DNA of 64,000 bases from assembly GCA_035464675.1 (NCBI GenBank), contig DATHSA010000033.1:1403-65402 (forward strand), read 5' to 3'. The notes under the pieces are model-generated. The model did no database searches and was not told the DNA's origin. It saw only the letters and a list, made by a program, of their open reading frames with translations. Positions 9,545-17,578 of this stretch are shown here, piece after piece. Source of the DNA: Acidimicrobiia bacterium. Lineage in GTDB: Bacteria; Actinomycetota; Acidimicrobiia; Spongiisociales; UBA11373. Position 1 is the stretch's first letter, and each line of letters opens with the position of its first letter. Made by a program: the position numbers and the translations under genes.

Positions 9545-10580
9545 CCCCCACCGAAGCGAGGCAATCGACGACCCCTTCGGCGCCCGGCGCCGCGGGGTCG
9601 TCGCCGTCCTGACGATCGCCCTCATCGGAGCGGCGGGCGCCAACCTGTGCGTCGGACCGGTCGACATCGAACCCGGAGCTGTGATGCGGGTCCTGGCTCG
9701 AACGATCGGGATCGCCATCGGGGATCCCTCCGACGCTCAGATCCGTGCCGTCGTGATCGACATTCGTCTCCCCCGGGTGCTGGTGGGTGTGGTGGCGGGC
9801 GCCGCCGCGGGGATCACCGGCGCCGTGCTCCAGGGCCTCTTCCGCAACCCGGTGGCGGATCCTCATCTCCTGGGAATCGGCCCTGGCGCATCGCTGGGCG
9901 GAGCCCTGGGCGCGCTGACCGGCACGGTGCCCGGCGCCATCGCCGGGGGTGCAGTCGGTGGGATGCTGACCGCGCTTCTGGTCAGGCGCCTCGGCAGGAC
10001 ACGCGCCACCGAGCCGTCGCGGTTCGTGCTGACGGGCCTGGCACTCGGCGCGGCGATCAGTGCGTGGGTCGGGTTCGTCGTGTTCGTCGCCGACCGCACC
10101 CGGGTCCCCCCCATCGACTTCTGGCTGCTGGGAAACCTGGGCGCGAGCACCTGGGACACCCTGGGAACGCTCACCATCACCGCCGGGATCGGCGTCGTTG
10201 CGCTGCTGGGATCTGCACGAACCCTCGATGTCTTCGCTCTGGGCGAGGCCGACGCCCGGCGCCTGGGCGTCGATGTGGAGATGACGACGCTCGTGATCCT
10301 TCTCGGCGTCGGCGCCGTCATCGGCTCGGCCGTCGGCGCCGTCGGGGTCGTCGCGTTCATCGGCCTGGTCGTACCGCACCTGATCCGGCGGCTCGCCGGA
10401 GCCACGCACCGGGTCGTGCTCCTGGGATCGGCGGTGGGCGGTGCTCTCATGATGCTGCTCGCCGATCTCGGGGCGCGTGTGGTGGTCTCTCCTCAGGAGA
10501 TCCCGGTCGGCCTCCTGACCGCAGCAGTGGGCGGCCCCTTCTTCCTTTGGCTGATCAGGAAGCCGGGAGTGCCGACATGA
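9534..10580 (+). CDS. FecCD-family ABC permease (HmuU-like), 348 aa
   Basis: ORF 9534..10580 with TTG start overlapping the upstream stop by 11 nt. Typical FecCD sequence (RLPRVLVGVVAGAAAGITGAVLQGLFRNPVADPHLLGI). Confidence 0.9.
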   Translation: MPDSPHRSEAIDDPFGARRRGVVAVLTIALIGAAGANLCVGPVDIEPGAVMRVLARTIGIAIGDPSDAQIRAVVIDIRLPRVLVGVVAGAAAGITGAVLQGLFRNPVADPHLLGIGPGASLGGALGALTGTVPGAIAGGAVGGMLTALLVRRLGRTRATEPSRFVLTGLALGAAISAWVGFVVFVADRTRVPPIDFWLLGNLGASTWDTLGTLTITAGIGVVALLGSARTLDVFALGEADARRLGVDVEMTTLVILLGVGAVIGSAVGAVGVVAFIGLVVPHLIRRLAGATHRVVLLGSAVGGALMMLLADLGARVVVSPQEIPVGLLTAAVGGPFFLWLIRKPGVPT

Positions 10581-11347
10581 CCCGTCTCGCCGCCCGAGAC
10601 ATCTCATACCGGGTCGGCCGGACCACCGTTCTGAGCGAAGTCGCCTTCGACGTGGAGTCCGGAGAGCTGGTCGCCATCGTCGGGCCGAATGGCGCCGGCA
10701 AGACGACGTTGCTTCGCATCCTGGGCGGTGATCTCGAGCCCACCACCGGGACCGTGGCGATCGACGAGAACGACGTTGCCGGTCTCCATGAGCAGGAACT
10801 CGCCCTGATGCGAGCCCTCCTCGACCAGAGCGGGGTCGCCGACATCCCGTTCCCGGTGGAGACCGTTGTGGCGCTGGGGAGGACCCCCCATCGGCGCGTC
10901 GCCGGCAACACGGCGGCTCGGGACGCCGAGGTGGTGCGTCGAACGATGGACGACGTCGGAATCGGCCATCTCGAGCAGCGAGTCTTCGCCACACTCTCGG
11001 GGGGTGAGCGCGCTCTCACCTCGCTCGCCCGGGTGCTCGCCCAGGAGAGCCCGGTTCTCCTCCTCGACGAGCCGACCGGAGCGCTCGACGTCGCGGTCGA
11101 GGAGCGCACGATGAGGCTGATGCGCGAGCGGGCGACCGGGGGCGTCATGGTCGTGTGCGTGCTGCACGACCTGAACCTGGCGGCCCGCTATGCCGATCGC
11201 GTGATCCTCGTCGGCGCCGGCGAGGTCATCTCGGATGGCCCGCCGACTTCGGTCCTCACCCCCGATGCCCTCTCGGCCGTGTACCGACATCCGATGCGGG
11301 TTGTGCCCCATCCTTTCCGGGACGGGCTACTGGTGCTGGTCGACTGA
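10577..11347 (+). CDS. Hemin/siderophore-type ABC ATP-binding protein (HmuV-like), 256 aa
   Basis: ATG 10577 overlaps the permease stop (ATGA). Walker A GPNGAGKTT, signature LSGGERA, Walker B LLLDEPT. Confidence 0.9.
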   Translation: MTRLAARDISYRVGRTTVLSEVAFDVESGELVAIVGPNGAGKTTLLRILGGDLEPTTGTVAIDENDVAGLHEQELALMRALLDQSGVADIPFPVETVVALGRTPHRRVAGNTAARDAEVVRRTMDDVGIGHLEQRVFATLSGGERALTSLARVLAQESPVLLLDEPTGALDVAVEERTMRLMRERATGGVMVVCVLHDLNLAARYADRVILVGAGEVISDGPPTSVLTPDALSAVYRHPMRVVPHPFRDGLLVLVD

Positions 11348-11375
11348 CCCCTGCCGCCTGGCTCCCGGCAGCACG

Positions 11376-11381
11376 TACCAT
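11376..11381 (+). promoter_or_regulatory. Putative -10 box TACCAT, 7 nt upstream of ATG 11389 (leaderless layout)
   Basis: TACCAT-cccgggg-ATG read directly. No SD. Confidence 0.4.
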
Positions 11382-11388
11382 CCCGGGG

Positions 11389-12381
11389 ATGGAGGCACCC
11401 GACCTGCGCAGCATCGTGCCGATCGAACGCGTCTGGACGCGTCTCGAGGCGGTCGAGCGCCGCCTCTACGAAGTCTCCACCTCCGACAACCCTTTCGTCA
11501 CGGAGATCGCCCAGCATGTGATGGCGGGCGGCAAGCGGTACCGCCCGATGCTCGCTCAGGTTGCCGCAGAGATCGGCGGCGCTGACATCGATGACCCGGT
11601 CGAAGCCGGGGTGGCAGTCGAGCTGATCCACCTGGGGAGCCTGTACCACGACGATGTGATCGACGAGGCAGGGAGCCGCCGTGGCCAGACGTCGGTCAAC
11701 GCCAACTGGTCGAACACGATCGCCATCCTCGCCGGCGATTTCCTTCTGGCACGAGCGTCAGAGGTGGCGGCGCCGCTGGGGACCGAGGCGGTGGCGCTGC
11801 TCGCCCGTACGTACGCCATGCTCTGCGAGGGCCAGGTGCTCGAACTCCAGCTGGGCAACGACCTCGACCACGGCCCGGAGGACTACTTCCGGGTGATCGA
11901 GAACAAGACCGCCAGCCTCATCAGGACGTCGGCGCGGCTGGGGGCGATGGCGGGCGGGGCGTCGCCGGAGCAGGTCGCGGCCGCCACCAGGTGGGGTCAC
12001 GAGGTGGGCCTGGTGTTCCAGTTGACCGACGACGTTCTCGACCTGCTCGCCACCGAGGACTTCCTCGGCAAGCCCGCCGGTTCGGACATCCACGAGGGCA
12101 CCTTCACCCTCCCGGTCATCTTCGCCCTGCAGGCCGCCGGGGGGGACCGGGTCCGAGAGCTGCTGTCGGGAGGCAAGCCGTACGACCCCGGGGCGGTCGA
12201 GGAGGTCATCGAGATCGTTCGATCGGGCGGCCATCTCGATCGGGTGCTGGACGAGACCGAACGCCGGATCGCCGCCGCCGACGACGCCATCGCCACCCTC
12301 CCCGAGGGCGAGGTCACCAAGGTGTTGAAGCGGCTCGGAGAGTTCCTCGTCGAGCGGGTGGAGACGGCGCGCAGGGGCTAG
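11389..12381 (+). CDS. Polyprenyl diphosphate synthase (trans-isoprenyl diphosphate synthase family), 330 aa
   Basis: Internal ATG of ORF 11155..12381. Both Asp-rich motifs are present (LYHDDVIDEA and QLTDDVLD). Confidence 0.9.
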   Translation: MEAPDLRSIVPIERVWTRLEAVERRLYEVSTSDNPFVTEIAQHVMAGGKRYRPMLAQVAAEIGGADIDDPVEAGVAVELIHLGSLYHDDVIDEAGSRRGQTSVNANWSNTIAILAGDFLLARASEVAAPLGTEAVALLARTYAMLCEGQVLELQLGNDLDHGPEDYFRVIENKTASLIRTSARLGAMAGGASPEQVAAATRWGHEVGLVFQLTDDVLDLLATEDFLGKPAGSDIHEGTFTLPVIFALQAAGGDRVRELLSGGKPYDPGAVEEVIEIVRSGGHLDRVLDETERRIAAADDAIATLPEGEVTKVLKRLGEFLVERVETARRG

Positions 12382-12433
12382 CCAGGTCCTCGCGTGCCCT
12401 GGCACCTCGGGGTTCCCGTTCAGTCGCCATCTG

Positions 12434-13921
12434 CTACTCCGGGCGCAGGTGCGGGAAGAGCACCACCTCGCGGATGGAGGCCTGGTCGGTCAGCAGCATG
12501 ACGAGCCGGTCGATGCCCAGGCCCATGCCTCCGGTGGGGGGCATGCCGTACTCGAGCGCGCGCAGGAAGTCCTCGTCCATGGGATGGGCCTCGGTGTCGC
12601 CGGCGGCGCGGGCCTCCATCTGCGCCTCGAAGCGATGACGCTGCTCCACCGGGTCGTTGAGTTCGCTGAAGGCGTTGGCCAGTTCGCTGCCGGCGACGAT
12701 CACCTCGAAGCGCTCCACCAGGTCGGGATTGGACCGGTGCTCCCGGGCGAGTGGCGAGATCTCCTTCGGGTAGTCCATCACGATCGTCGGCTCCCACAGG
12801 TCTGGCTCGACCCGTGCTTCGAAGACCTCGGCGGCGATCTTGCCCACGCCCCATGAGTCCTGGGTCTCCACACCGGCCTGTGCCGAGAGCCTCCGCGCCT
12901 CGTCCAGGGGCATCCCTGGATCCCACTCGTCCCCGGTGGCGCTCGCGATGGCCCCGAAGTACGTGATCCGGCGCCAGGGCGCAGACAATGACAACGGCCT
13001 GTCCTGGTAGGTCAGCTCGGTGGTCCCGGCGACCCGGTTGGCGGCCTCGACGACGAGCATCTCGGTCAGGGCCGCCATGTCCTCGTAGTCGGCGAGCGCC
13101 TCATAGAGCTCCAGCATCGTGAACTCCGGGTTGTGCCGCGGTGAGACGCCCTCGTTGCGGAAGACCCGTCCGATCTCGTACACGCGCTCGACACCGCCGA
13201 CGATCATCCGCTTCAGGTGCAGCTCCAGGGCGATTCGCAGGAACATGTCGATGCCGAGCGCCTCGTGGTGGGTGCGGAATGGGTGCGCCAGCCCGCCGCT
13301 GGGCACGTTGTGCAGCACCGGGGTCTCGACCTCGACGAACCCGCGCCGGCTCAGCGAGTCCCGCAGGGAGGCGACCGTGGCGATGCGCGCCTCCATGGTG
13401 CGACGCGACTCTTCGTTCACGAGAAGATCCACATACCTGAGCCGGTGGCGCTTCTCGACATCGGCGAGCCCGTGCCACTTCTCGGGCAGCGGCCTGAGCG
13501 CCTTGGCCAGCAATTGGAACGATTCCACCCGGACGCTCAGCTCGCCGCGCCTGGTGGTGACCACCTCTCCGTGGGCTCCGACCCAGTCGCCCGCGTCGAG
13601 ATCCTTGAACGCCTCGAAACGGTCGCCCAGTCGTTCCTGCTCCACGAACAGTTGGATCCGTCCCGATCCGTCCTGGAGCACACCGAAGACCAGCGCCCCG
13701 ATGTCACGGCTGTTCATCAGGCGACCGGCGACTGCCACGGTCTCCCCGGTGTCGGTCCCCGAATCCAGGTCCCCGAATCGCTCATGCAGGTCGACGGCGG
13801 TGGCGGTCCGCTCGAAGGTCACCGGATACGGCTCGATCCCGGCGTCTCGCATGGCCTCCACCTTCTCGAGCCGGACCGCAACGAGGGGGTGGTCGTACGG
13901 TGCGTCGTGCTCTTCGGTCAT
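12434..13921 (-). CDS. lysS: Lysine--tRNA ligase (class II), 495 aa
   Basis: Start ATG 13921 (MTEEHDAPYDHPLVAVRLEKV). Class II motifs FRNEG and GGMGLGIDRLVMLL. OB-fold N-domain. Confidence 0.95.
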   Translation of the reverse strand: MTEEHDAPYDHPLVAVRLEKVEAMRDAGIEPYPVTFERTATAVDLHERFGDLDSGTDTGETVAVAGRLMNSRDIGALVFGVLQDGSGRIQLFVEQERLGDRFEAFKDLDAGDWVGAHGEVVTTRRGELSVRVESFQLLAKALRPLPEKWHGLADVEKRHRLRYVDLLVNEESRRTMEARIATVASLRDSLSRRGFVEVETPVLHNVPSGGLAHPFRTHHEALGIDMFLRIALELHLKRMIVGGVERVYEIGRVFRNEGVSPRHNPEFTMLELYEALADYEDMAALTEMLVVEAANRVAGTTELTYQDRPLSLSAPWRRITYFGAIASATGDEWDPGMPLDEARRLSAQAGVETQDSWGVGKIAAEVFEARVEPDLWEPTIVMDYPKEISPLAREHRSNPDLVERFEVIVAGSELANAFSELNDPVEQRHRFEAQMEARAAGDTEAHPMDEDFLRALEYGMPPTGGMGLGIDRLVMLLTDQASIREVVLFPHLRPE

Positions 13922-14053
13922 GACCCGTCGCCCGTCGCCCGGCGCCGGTCGCCCGTCAGAGTGGGGAAGATGGCCTCCTCGGTCGCCTCCCACCGGAGGC
14001 CTGCGGCTGGCGGCTGGCGCCCGTCTGGATGGCGGCTGTCTGGGTGGGGGCTC
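13922..14053. repeat. Heptamer-array element: CCC arm 13922-13958 (ACCCGTC GCCCGTC GCCCGGC GCCGGTC GCCCGTC), small hairpin 13985-14000, G-rich 7-nt-periodic arm 13998-14053
   Basis: Read directly. Fills the entire coaX-lysS intergenic gap. The CCC arm abuts the lysS start codon. Confidence 0.8.
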
Positions 14054-14819
14054 ATTCGCGGTTCATCTCGTATATCAGACGCAGGCCGTCGAGTGTCATC
14101 GTCGTGTCGACGATGCTCACCGAGTGGCAGTGGGGGACGATGGTAGAGGCGAGGCCCCCGGTGGCCACGACGGCGGGATCGCCCCCCACCTCTTTCACCA
14201 GCCGGTCCACGATCCCGTCGACCAGGCCCGCGTGCCCGAATACCAGCCCACTCTGGATCGCCTCCACCGTGTTGCGCCCGATCGCCGCCCGTGGTGCGGC
14301 AGTGTCGACGCGGCGCAGCGCCGCCGTCGCCCTGATCAGGGCGTCCTGGCTCACCTCGAGACCGGGGGCGATCGATCCGCCGATGTATGCACCAGACGCG
14401 TCGACCACATCCATGTTCGTCGAGGTCCCGAAGTCCACGGCGATCACCGGAGCGCCGTATTTGTGCATCGCGGCCACCGCATTGACGACGCGGTCGGCGC
14501 CGACCTCTCGCGGGTTGTCGATGTTGATGGGCATCCCGGTGCGCACACCCGGGCCGACCACCACCAGATGCCCCTGGATCATCTCCTGCGCCACCTCGAT
14601 CATGGCCGCCTTGGCCACCGGCACCACGCTCGAGAGCGCGACGCCATCGACGTCCTCGAGCCGGTATCCGTCCTGCCGGAGCAGGCCGGCGAAGTACAGC
14701 CGGTACTCGTCGGCGGTCCGCTCGCGTACGGTCGAAAGGCGCCAGGAATCCACCAACTCCTCACCCTCGAACAGGCCCATCACGGTCTGGGTGTTGCCGA
14801 CGTCGATCGCGATCAGCAT
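14052..14819 (-). CDS. coaX: Type III pantothenate kinase, 255 aa
   Basis: MLIAIDVGNTQTV N-terminus. GGAGGAG SD 4 nt upstream of ATG 14819. The ORF-track start at 14855 would overlap panC. Confidence 0.9.
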   Translation of the reverse strand: MLIAIDVGNTQTVMGLFEGEELVDSWRLSTVRERTADEYRLYFAGLLRQDGYRLEDVDGVALSSVVPVAKAAMIEVAQEMIQGHLVVVGPGVRTGMPINIDNPREVGADRVVNAVAAMHKYGAPVIAVDFGTSTNMDVVDASGAYIGGSIAPGLEVSQDALIRATAALRRVDTAAPRAAIGRNTVEAIQSGLVFGHAGLVDGIVDRLVKEVGGDPAVVATGGLASTIVPHCHSVSIVDTTMTLDGLRLIYEMNRE

Positions 14820-14844
14820 GCGCTCCTCCATGGGTCGCGGCGCC

Positions 14845-15726
14845 TCACGGCGCATCTCCGTACAACACGGATCGGCCTTCGAGGCGAGTCCCCCGGTCGG
14901 CGGTGCCGTCTGTATCGAGGAACACGTTGTCGATCAGGCGGACGTCGCCGACGGTCGCCGCCACCGCCAGGAATGCGTCGCGGTCGAGGAAACCGATCGG
15001 TCGAGCGGTGTGACGGTCGGCAAGGGTGACGTACTGCACGGTCGCCCCGGCGGCGGAGGCGGTCTCCCGGACCATTTGCTCCAGGGCGGCGCCGTCCCGC
15101 TCCCCCACCGCGGCGGCGTCGGCGGCGGCGAACAGGCCGCGTGAAAGGCCAAGCGCCGCCTTCCGGTCCGGGATGCGCACATTGCGGCTCGACAGGGCAA
15201 GGCCATCCTGCTCCCGCACCGTCGACACCGCGACGATCTCCACCGGGAACGAGAGGTCCCGCACCATCGTCGTCACCACGGCCAGCTGCTGAGCGTCCTT
15301 GCGTCCAAAGGAGGCGAGGTCCGGGCGGATTCCGGCGAGCAACTTGGCGACGACGGTCGCCACGCCGTCGAAGTGACCCGGACGGTAAGCGCCCTCCATC
15401 GCATCTGTCACTCCGGAGACCTGGACCCGGGTCACCGGCTCCTGCCGATACATCTCACCGTCCCCCGGAACGAACAGCACGTCGACGCCGGCACCCTCGG
15501 CCAGCCCGACGTCGCGGTCGAGGTCGCGCGGGTACCGCTCGAGATCGGAGGGGCTGTCGAATTGGATCGGATTCACGAAGACGCTCATCACCGCGAGATC
15601 GGCCATGCCGCGGATTGCGGCGACGCACCCCAGGTGGCCCTCGTGGAGAAACCCCATCGTGGGAACCAGGCCGACCACCCCCCTGGCCGCCTGCCGAACC
15701 TCCCGCATCGTCTCCGCGATGATCAT
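14845..15726 (-). CDS. panC: Pantoate--beta-alanine ligase, 293 aa
   Basis: PTMGFLHEGH HIGH-like motif and typical PanC sequence. ATGA overlap with the upstream gene. Confidence 0.95.
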   Translation of the reverse strand: MIIAETMREVRQAARGVVGLVPTMGFLHEGHLGCVAAIRGMADLAVMSVFVNPIQFDSPSDLERYPRDLDRDVGLAEGAGVDVLFVPGDGEMYRQEPVTRVQVSGVTDAMEGAYRPGHFDGVATVVAKLLAGIRPDLASFGRKDAQQLAVVTTMVRDLSFPVEIVAVSTVREQDGLALSSRNVRIPDRKAALGLSRGLFAAADAAAVGERDGAALEQMVRETASAAGATVQYVTLADRHTARPIGFLDRDAFLAVAATVGDVRLIDNVFLDTDGTADRGTRLEGRSVLYGDAP

Positions 15727-16535
15727 GACAACGCCCCCTCGATGATCTCCGCGGTTCCTGCCACCCGCGCCGTGGCCCGCACCATCGCCGCGAAATCACC
15801 GGCGAGATGTGGCGCCGCGGACCGGATCGCCTCCATCTGCGCTCGCACCGTTCCCACGTCGCCCCGGGCTACCGGGCCGGTCAACGCCTCCACGGGACCC
15901 ATGTCGAGGGCGTTGTCGACCACAGCCCTGATCAGTGGCTGGGCCACGGTGAAGTCGACACCCGCCGCCTCGAACAGCTCCCGCGAGAGCGCGAGCGCCG
16001 CCAGGGTGAAGTTCGCCGCCGCTGCGGCCGCGGCGTGATAGAGCGGCTTCGCATGGTCCTCCAGCTCGAAGGGGTGCGCCCCCAGCGACGCTGCAAACGC
16101 AAAGAGGCGGTCGGCGAAGGCGTTGTCACTCGAGGTGATCGCCACCCACGCATCGCGGAGCCGGGCGGCGCCGGCCTCGGGCGTCGGAAGCGTCTGGAGC
16201 GGATGGAACGACCCCAGCGGTGGCCCCTCCAACGCCGCGAGGGCAGCCACCGGTCGCAGGCCCGAGAGGTGCACCGCGCCTTCGAGGGCTCCCGCCTTGT
16301 CGGAGAGACGCTGCGCCACTTCGGTGATGGCGTCGTCGCGCACGGCCACGACGAGCAGGTCTGCGCGCGGGAGCCCCCGATCCCAGGAGAGCGGCGATGC
16401 ATCAATGCGTTCGGCGGCCGCGACCGCGTCCTCCGGGTCCCTGGCGAGCACGCCCACCACGCGATGGCCGGCGCCCACCGAGGCCAAGGAGAGGGCGAGG
16501 CCGGCCCGACCGGGGCCGACGAGGATGAGATCCAT
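15723..16535 (-). CDS. Rossmann-fold / DUF2520 domain protein (Rv3603c-like, usually linked to panC), 270 aa
   Basis: N-terminal LILVGPGRAGLAL dinucleotide-binding motif. Conserved position upstream of panC in actinobacteria. Confidence 0.75.
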   Translation of the reverse strand: MDLILVGPGRAGLALSLASVGAGHRVVGVLARDPEDAVAAAERIDASPLSWDRGLPRADLLVVAVRDDAITEVAQRLSDKAGALEGAVHLSGLRPVAALAALEGPPLGSFHPLQTLPTPEAGAARLRDAWVAITSSDNAFADRLFAFAASLGAHPFELEDHAKPLYHAAAAAAANFTLAALALSRELFEAAGVDFTVAQPLIRAVVDNALDMGPVEALTGPVARGDVGTVRAQMEAIRSAAPHLAGDFAAMVRATARVAGTAEIIEGALS

Positions 16536-16611
16536 GCGTTCCAGTCCTCTAGGGGTACCAGACGAGGATTCATCCTACGGCATCGAATCCACTCATCACC
16601 AGGGGCGACGT

Positions 16612-17097
16612 CTACCAGTCCGCCGAGCCGGCCCACCGCCGGGCCTTCTGATCACTCACATCGGCAAGGAGGTCCTCCACGGACCCCAGCCCCGGGATCT
16701 CGACTCCCGGCCACGCTTCGGCCAGCGGAGCCAGCACGAAGCGCCGCTCCACCATTCGCGGGTGAGGAATCCTGAGTCCGGGAACGTCGATCACCGCATC
16801 GGCGTACAACAGCAGGTCGAGGTCGAGTACCCGGGGACCCCACCTCTCACGCCGCTCCCTCCCGGCTTCGCGCTCGATCTCGAGACAGCCGCCGAGGAGC
16901 GGCCGGGGGCCGAGGACGGTGTGCATCACGACCACCGCGTTCAGGTACGGGCCCTGTGGCGGGCCTCCCACAGGATCGGTCTCCCAGAGTGATGAACGCG
17001 ACAGGACCTCTCCCAGAGCCGCGAGACCGCGAACGGCTCCCACGAGGTGTGCCGCCCGATCGCCGAGGTTCGAGCCGAGCCCGATGGCGACCCGCAG
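16612..17097 (-). CDS. folK: 2-amino-4-hydroxy-6-hydroxymethyldihydropteridine diphosphokinase (FolK); start codon non-canonical or unresolved
   Basis: RVAIGLGSNLGDR...LWETDPVGGPPQGPYLNAVV...RWGPRVLDLDLLLY...PHPRMVERRFVLAPL. The conserved AIGLGSNLGD strand lies upstream of the first GTG/ATG (17043). The only in-frame candidate is CTG 17097, 1 nt after the upstream stop. Confidence 0.8.
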   Translation of the reverse strand: MRVAIGLGSNLGDRAAHLVGAVRGLAALGEVLSRSSLWETDPVGGPPQGPYLNAVVVMHTVLGPRPLLGGCLEIEREAGRERRERWGPRVLDLDLLLYADAVIDVPGLRIPHPRMVERRFVLAPLAEAWPGVEIPGLGSVEDLLADVSDQKARRWAGSADW

Positions 17098-17098
17098 G

Positions 17099-17578
17099 TC
17101 ACGCCCCGGTTGACTCGGGGATGATCGCCCGGGCCTCGGGGCCCAGAGGGCGCTTGAGGATTCGTTGGACGATGTCGGTGGCCACGATCGGGTCTTCCAC
17201 CCGGCCGGAATGGACGAGGTAGCCGGCGAGCACCCCCGCGACGGCGTCGTCGACGATGTCGCGGTGGACGAGAAGGACGGTCCCTGGCTTGGCCGCGATC
17301 TCCTGCATCTTCTTGAACACCCGGCCGACCGACCCCGGTTCGAGGTCGTTGAGCGGCTCGTTGTGAGCTTCGATCTCCGCCGCCTGATAGGCGGCGATGT
17401 TCTGATTGCCCTCCAGGAGTGAGAGGACGGCGGTCACACCTGCGTTCTTCAACCAGGCGATCTCCTCCTCGCGCCGGACCCGGCGGTGCTGAGCGCCATG
17501 GCCTCCGATGCGCTCCGAGACGGCGAGACGGTCGGAGATCACCCAGGTGAAGTCGCGGGGTTCCAGTCCGGTCATCAT
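17099..17578 (-). CDS. PTP/dual-specificity-phosphatase-fold protein lacking the CX5R catalytic loop (pseudophosphatase), 159 aa
   Basis: Aligns by eye along its whole length with small archaeal/bacterial PTPs. The P-loop HCxxGxxR(S/T) is replaced by HRDIVDDAV. Start overlaps the folP stop (TGATG). Its stop is 1 nt from the folK frame. Confidence 0.6.
   Translation of the reverse strand: MMTGLEPRDFTWVISDRLAVSERIGGHGAQHRRVRREEEIAWLKNAGVTAVLSLLEGNQNIAAYQAAEIEAHNEPLNDLEPGSVGRVFKKMQEIAAKPGTVLLVHRDIVDDAVAGVLAGYLVHSGRVEDPIVATDIVQRILKRPLGPEARAIIPESTGA

Noticed and set aside
13922-14051. T-box or other riboswitch in the lysS leader
   Set aside because: There is no specifier/terminator-antiterminator architecture and no T-box consensus. 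The gap is fully accounted for by the heptamer arrays and a small hairpin.
17099-17578. The 159-aa gene between folP and folK as dihydroneopterin aldolase (FolB)
   Set aside because: The position suggests folB, but the sequence shows none of the FolB pattern (tunnel-fold, E/K catalytic residues). It aligns instead with PTP/DSP-fold proteins.
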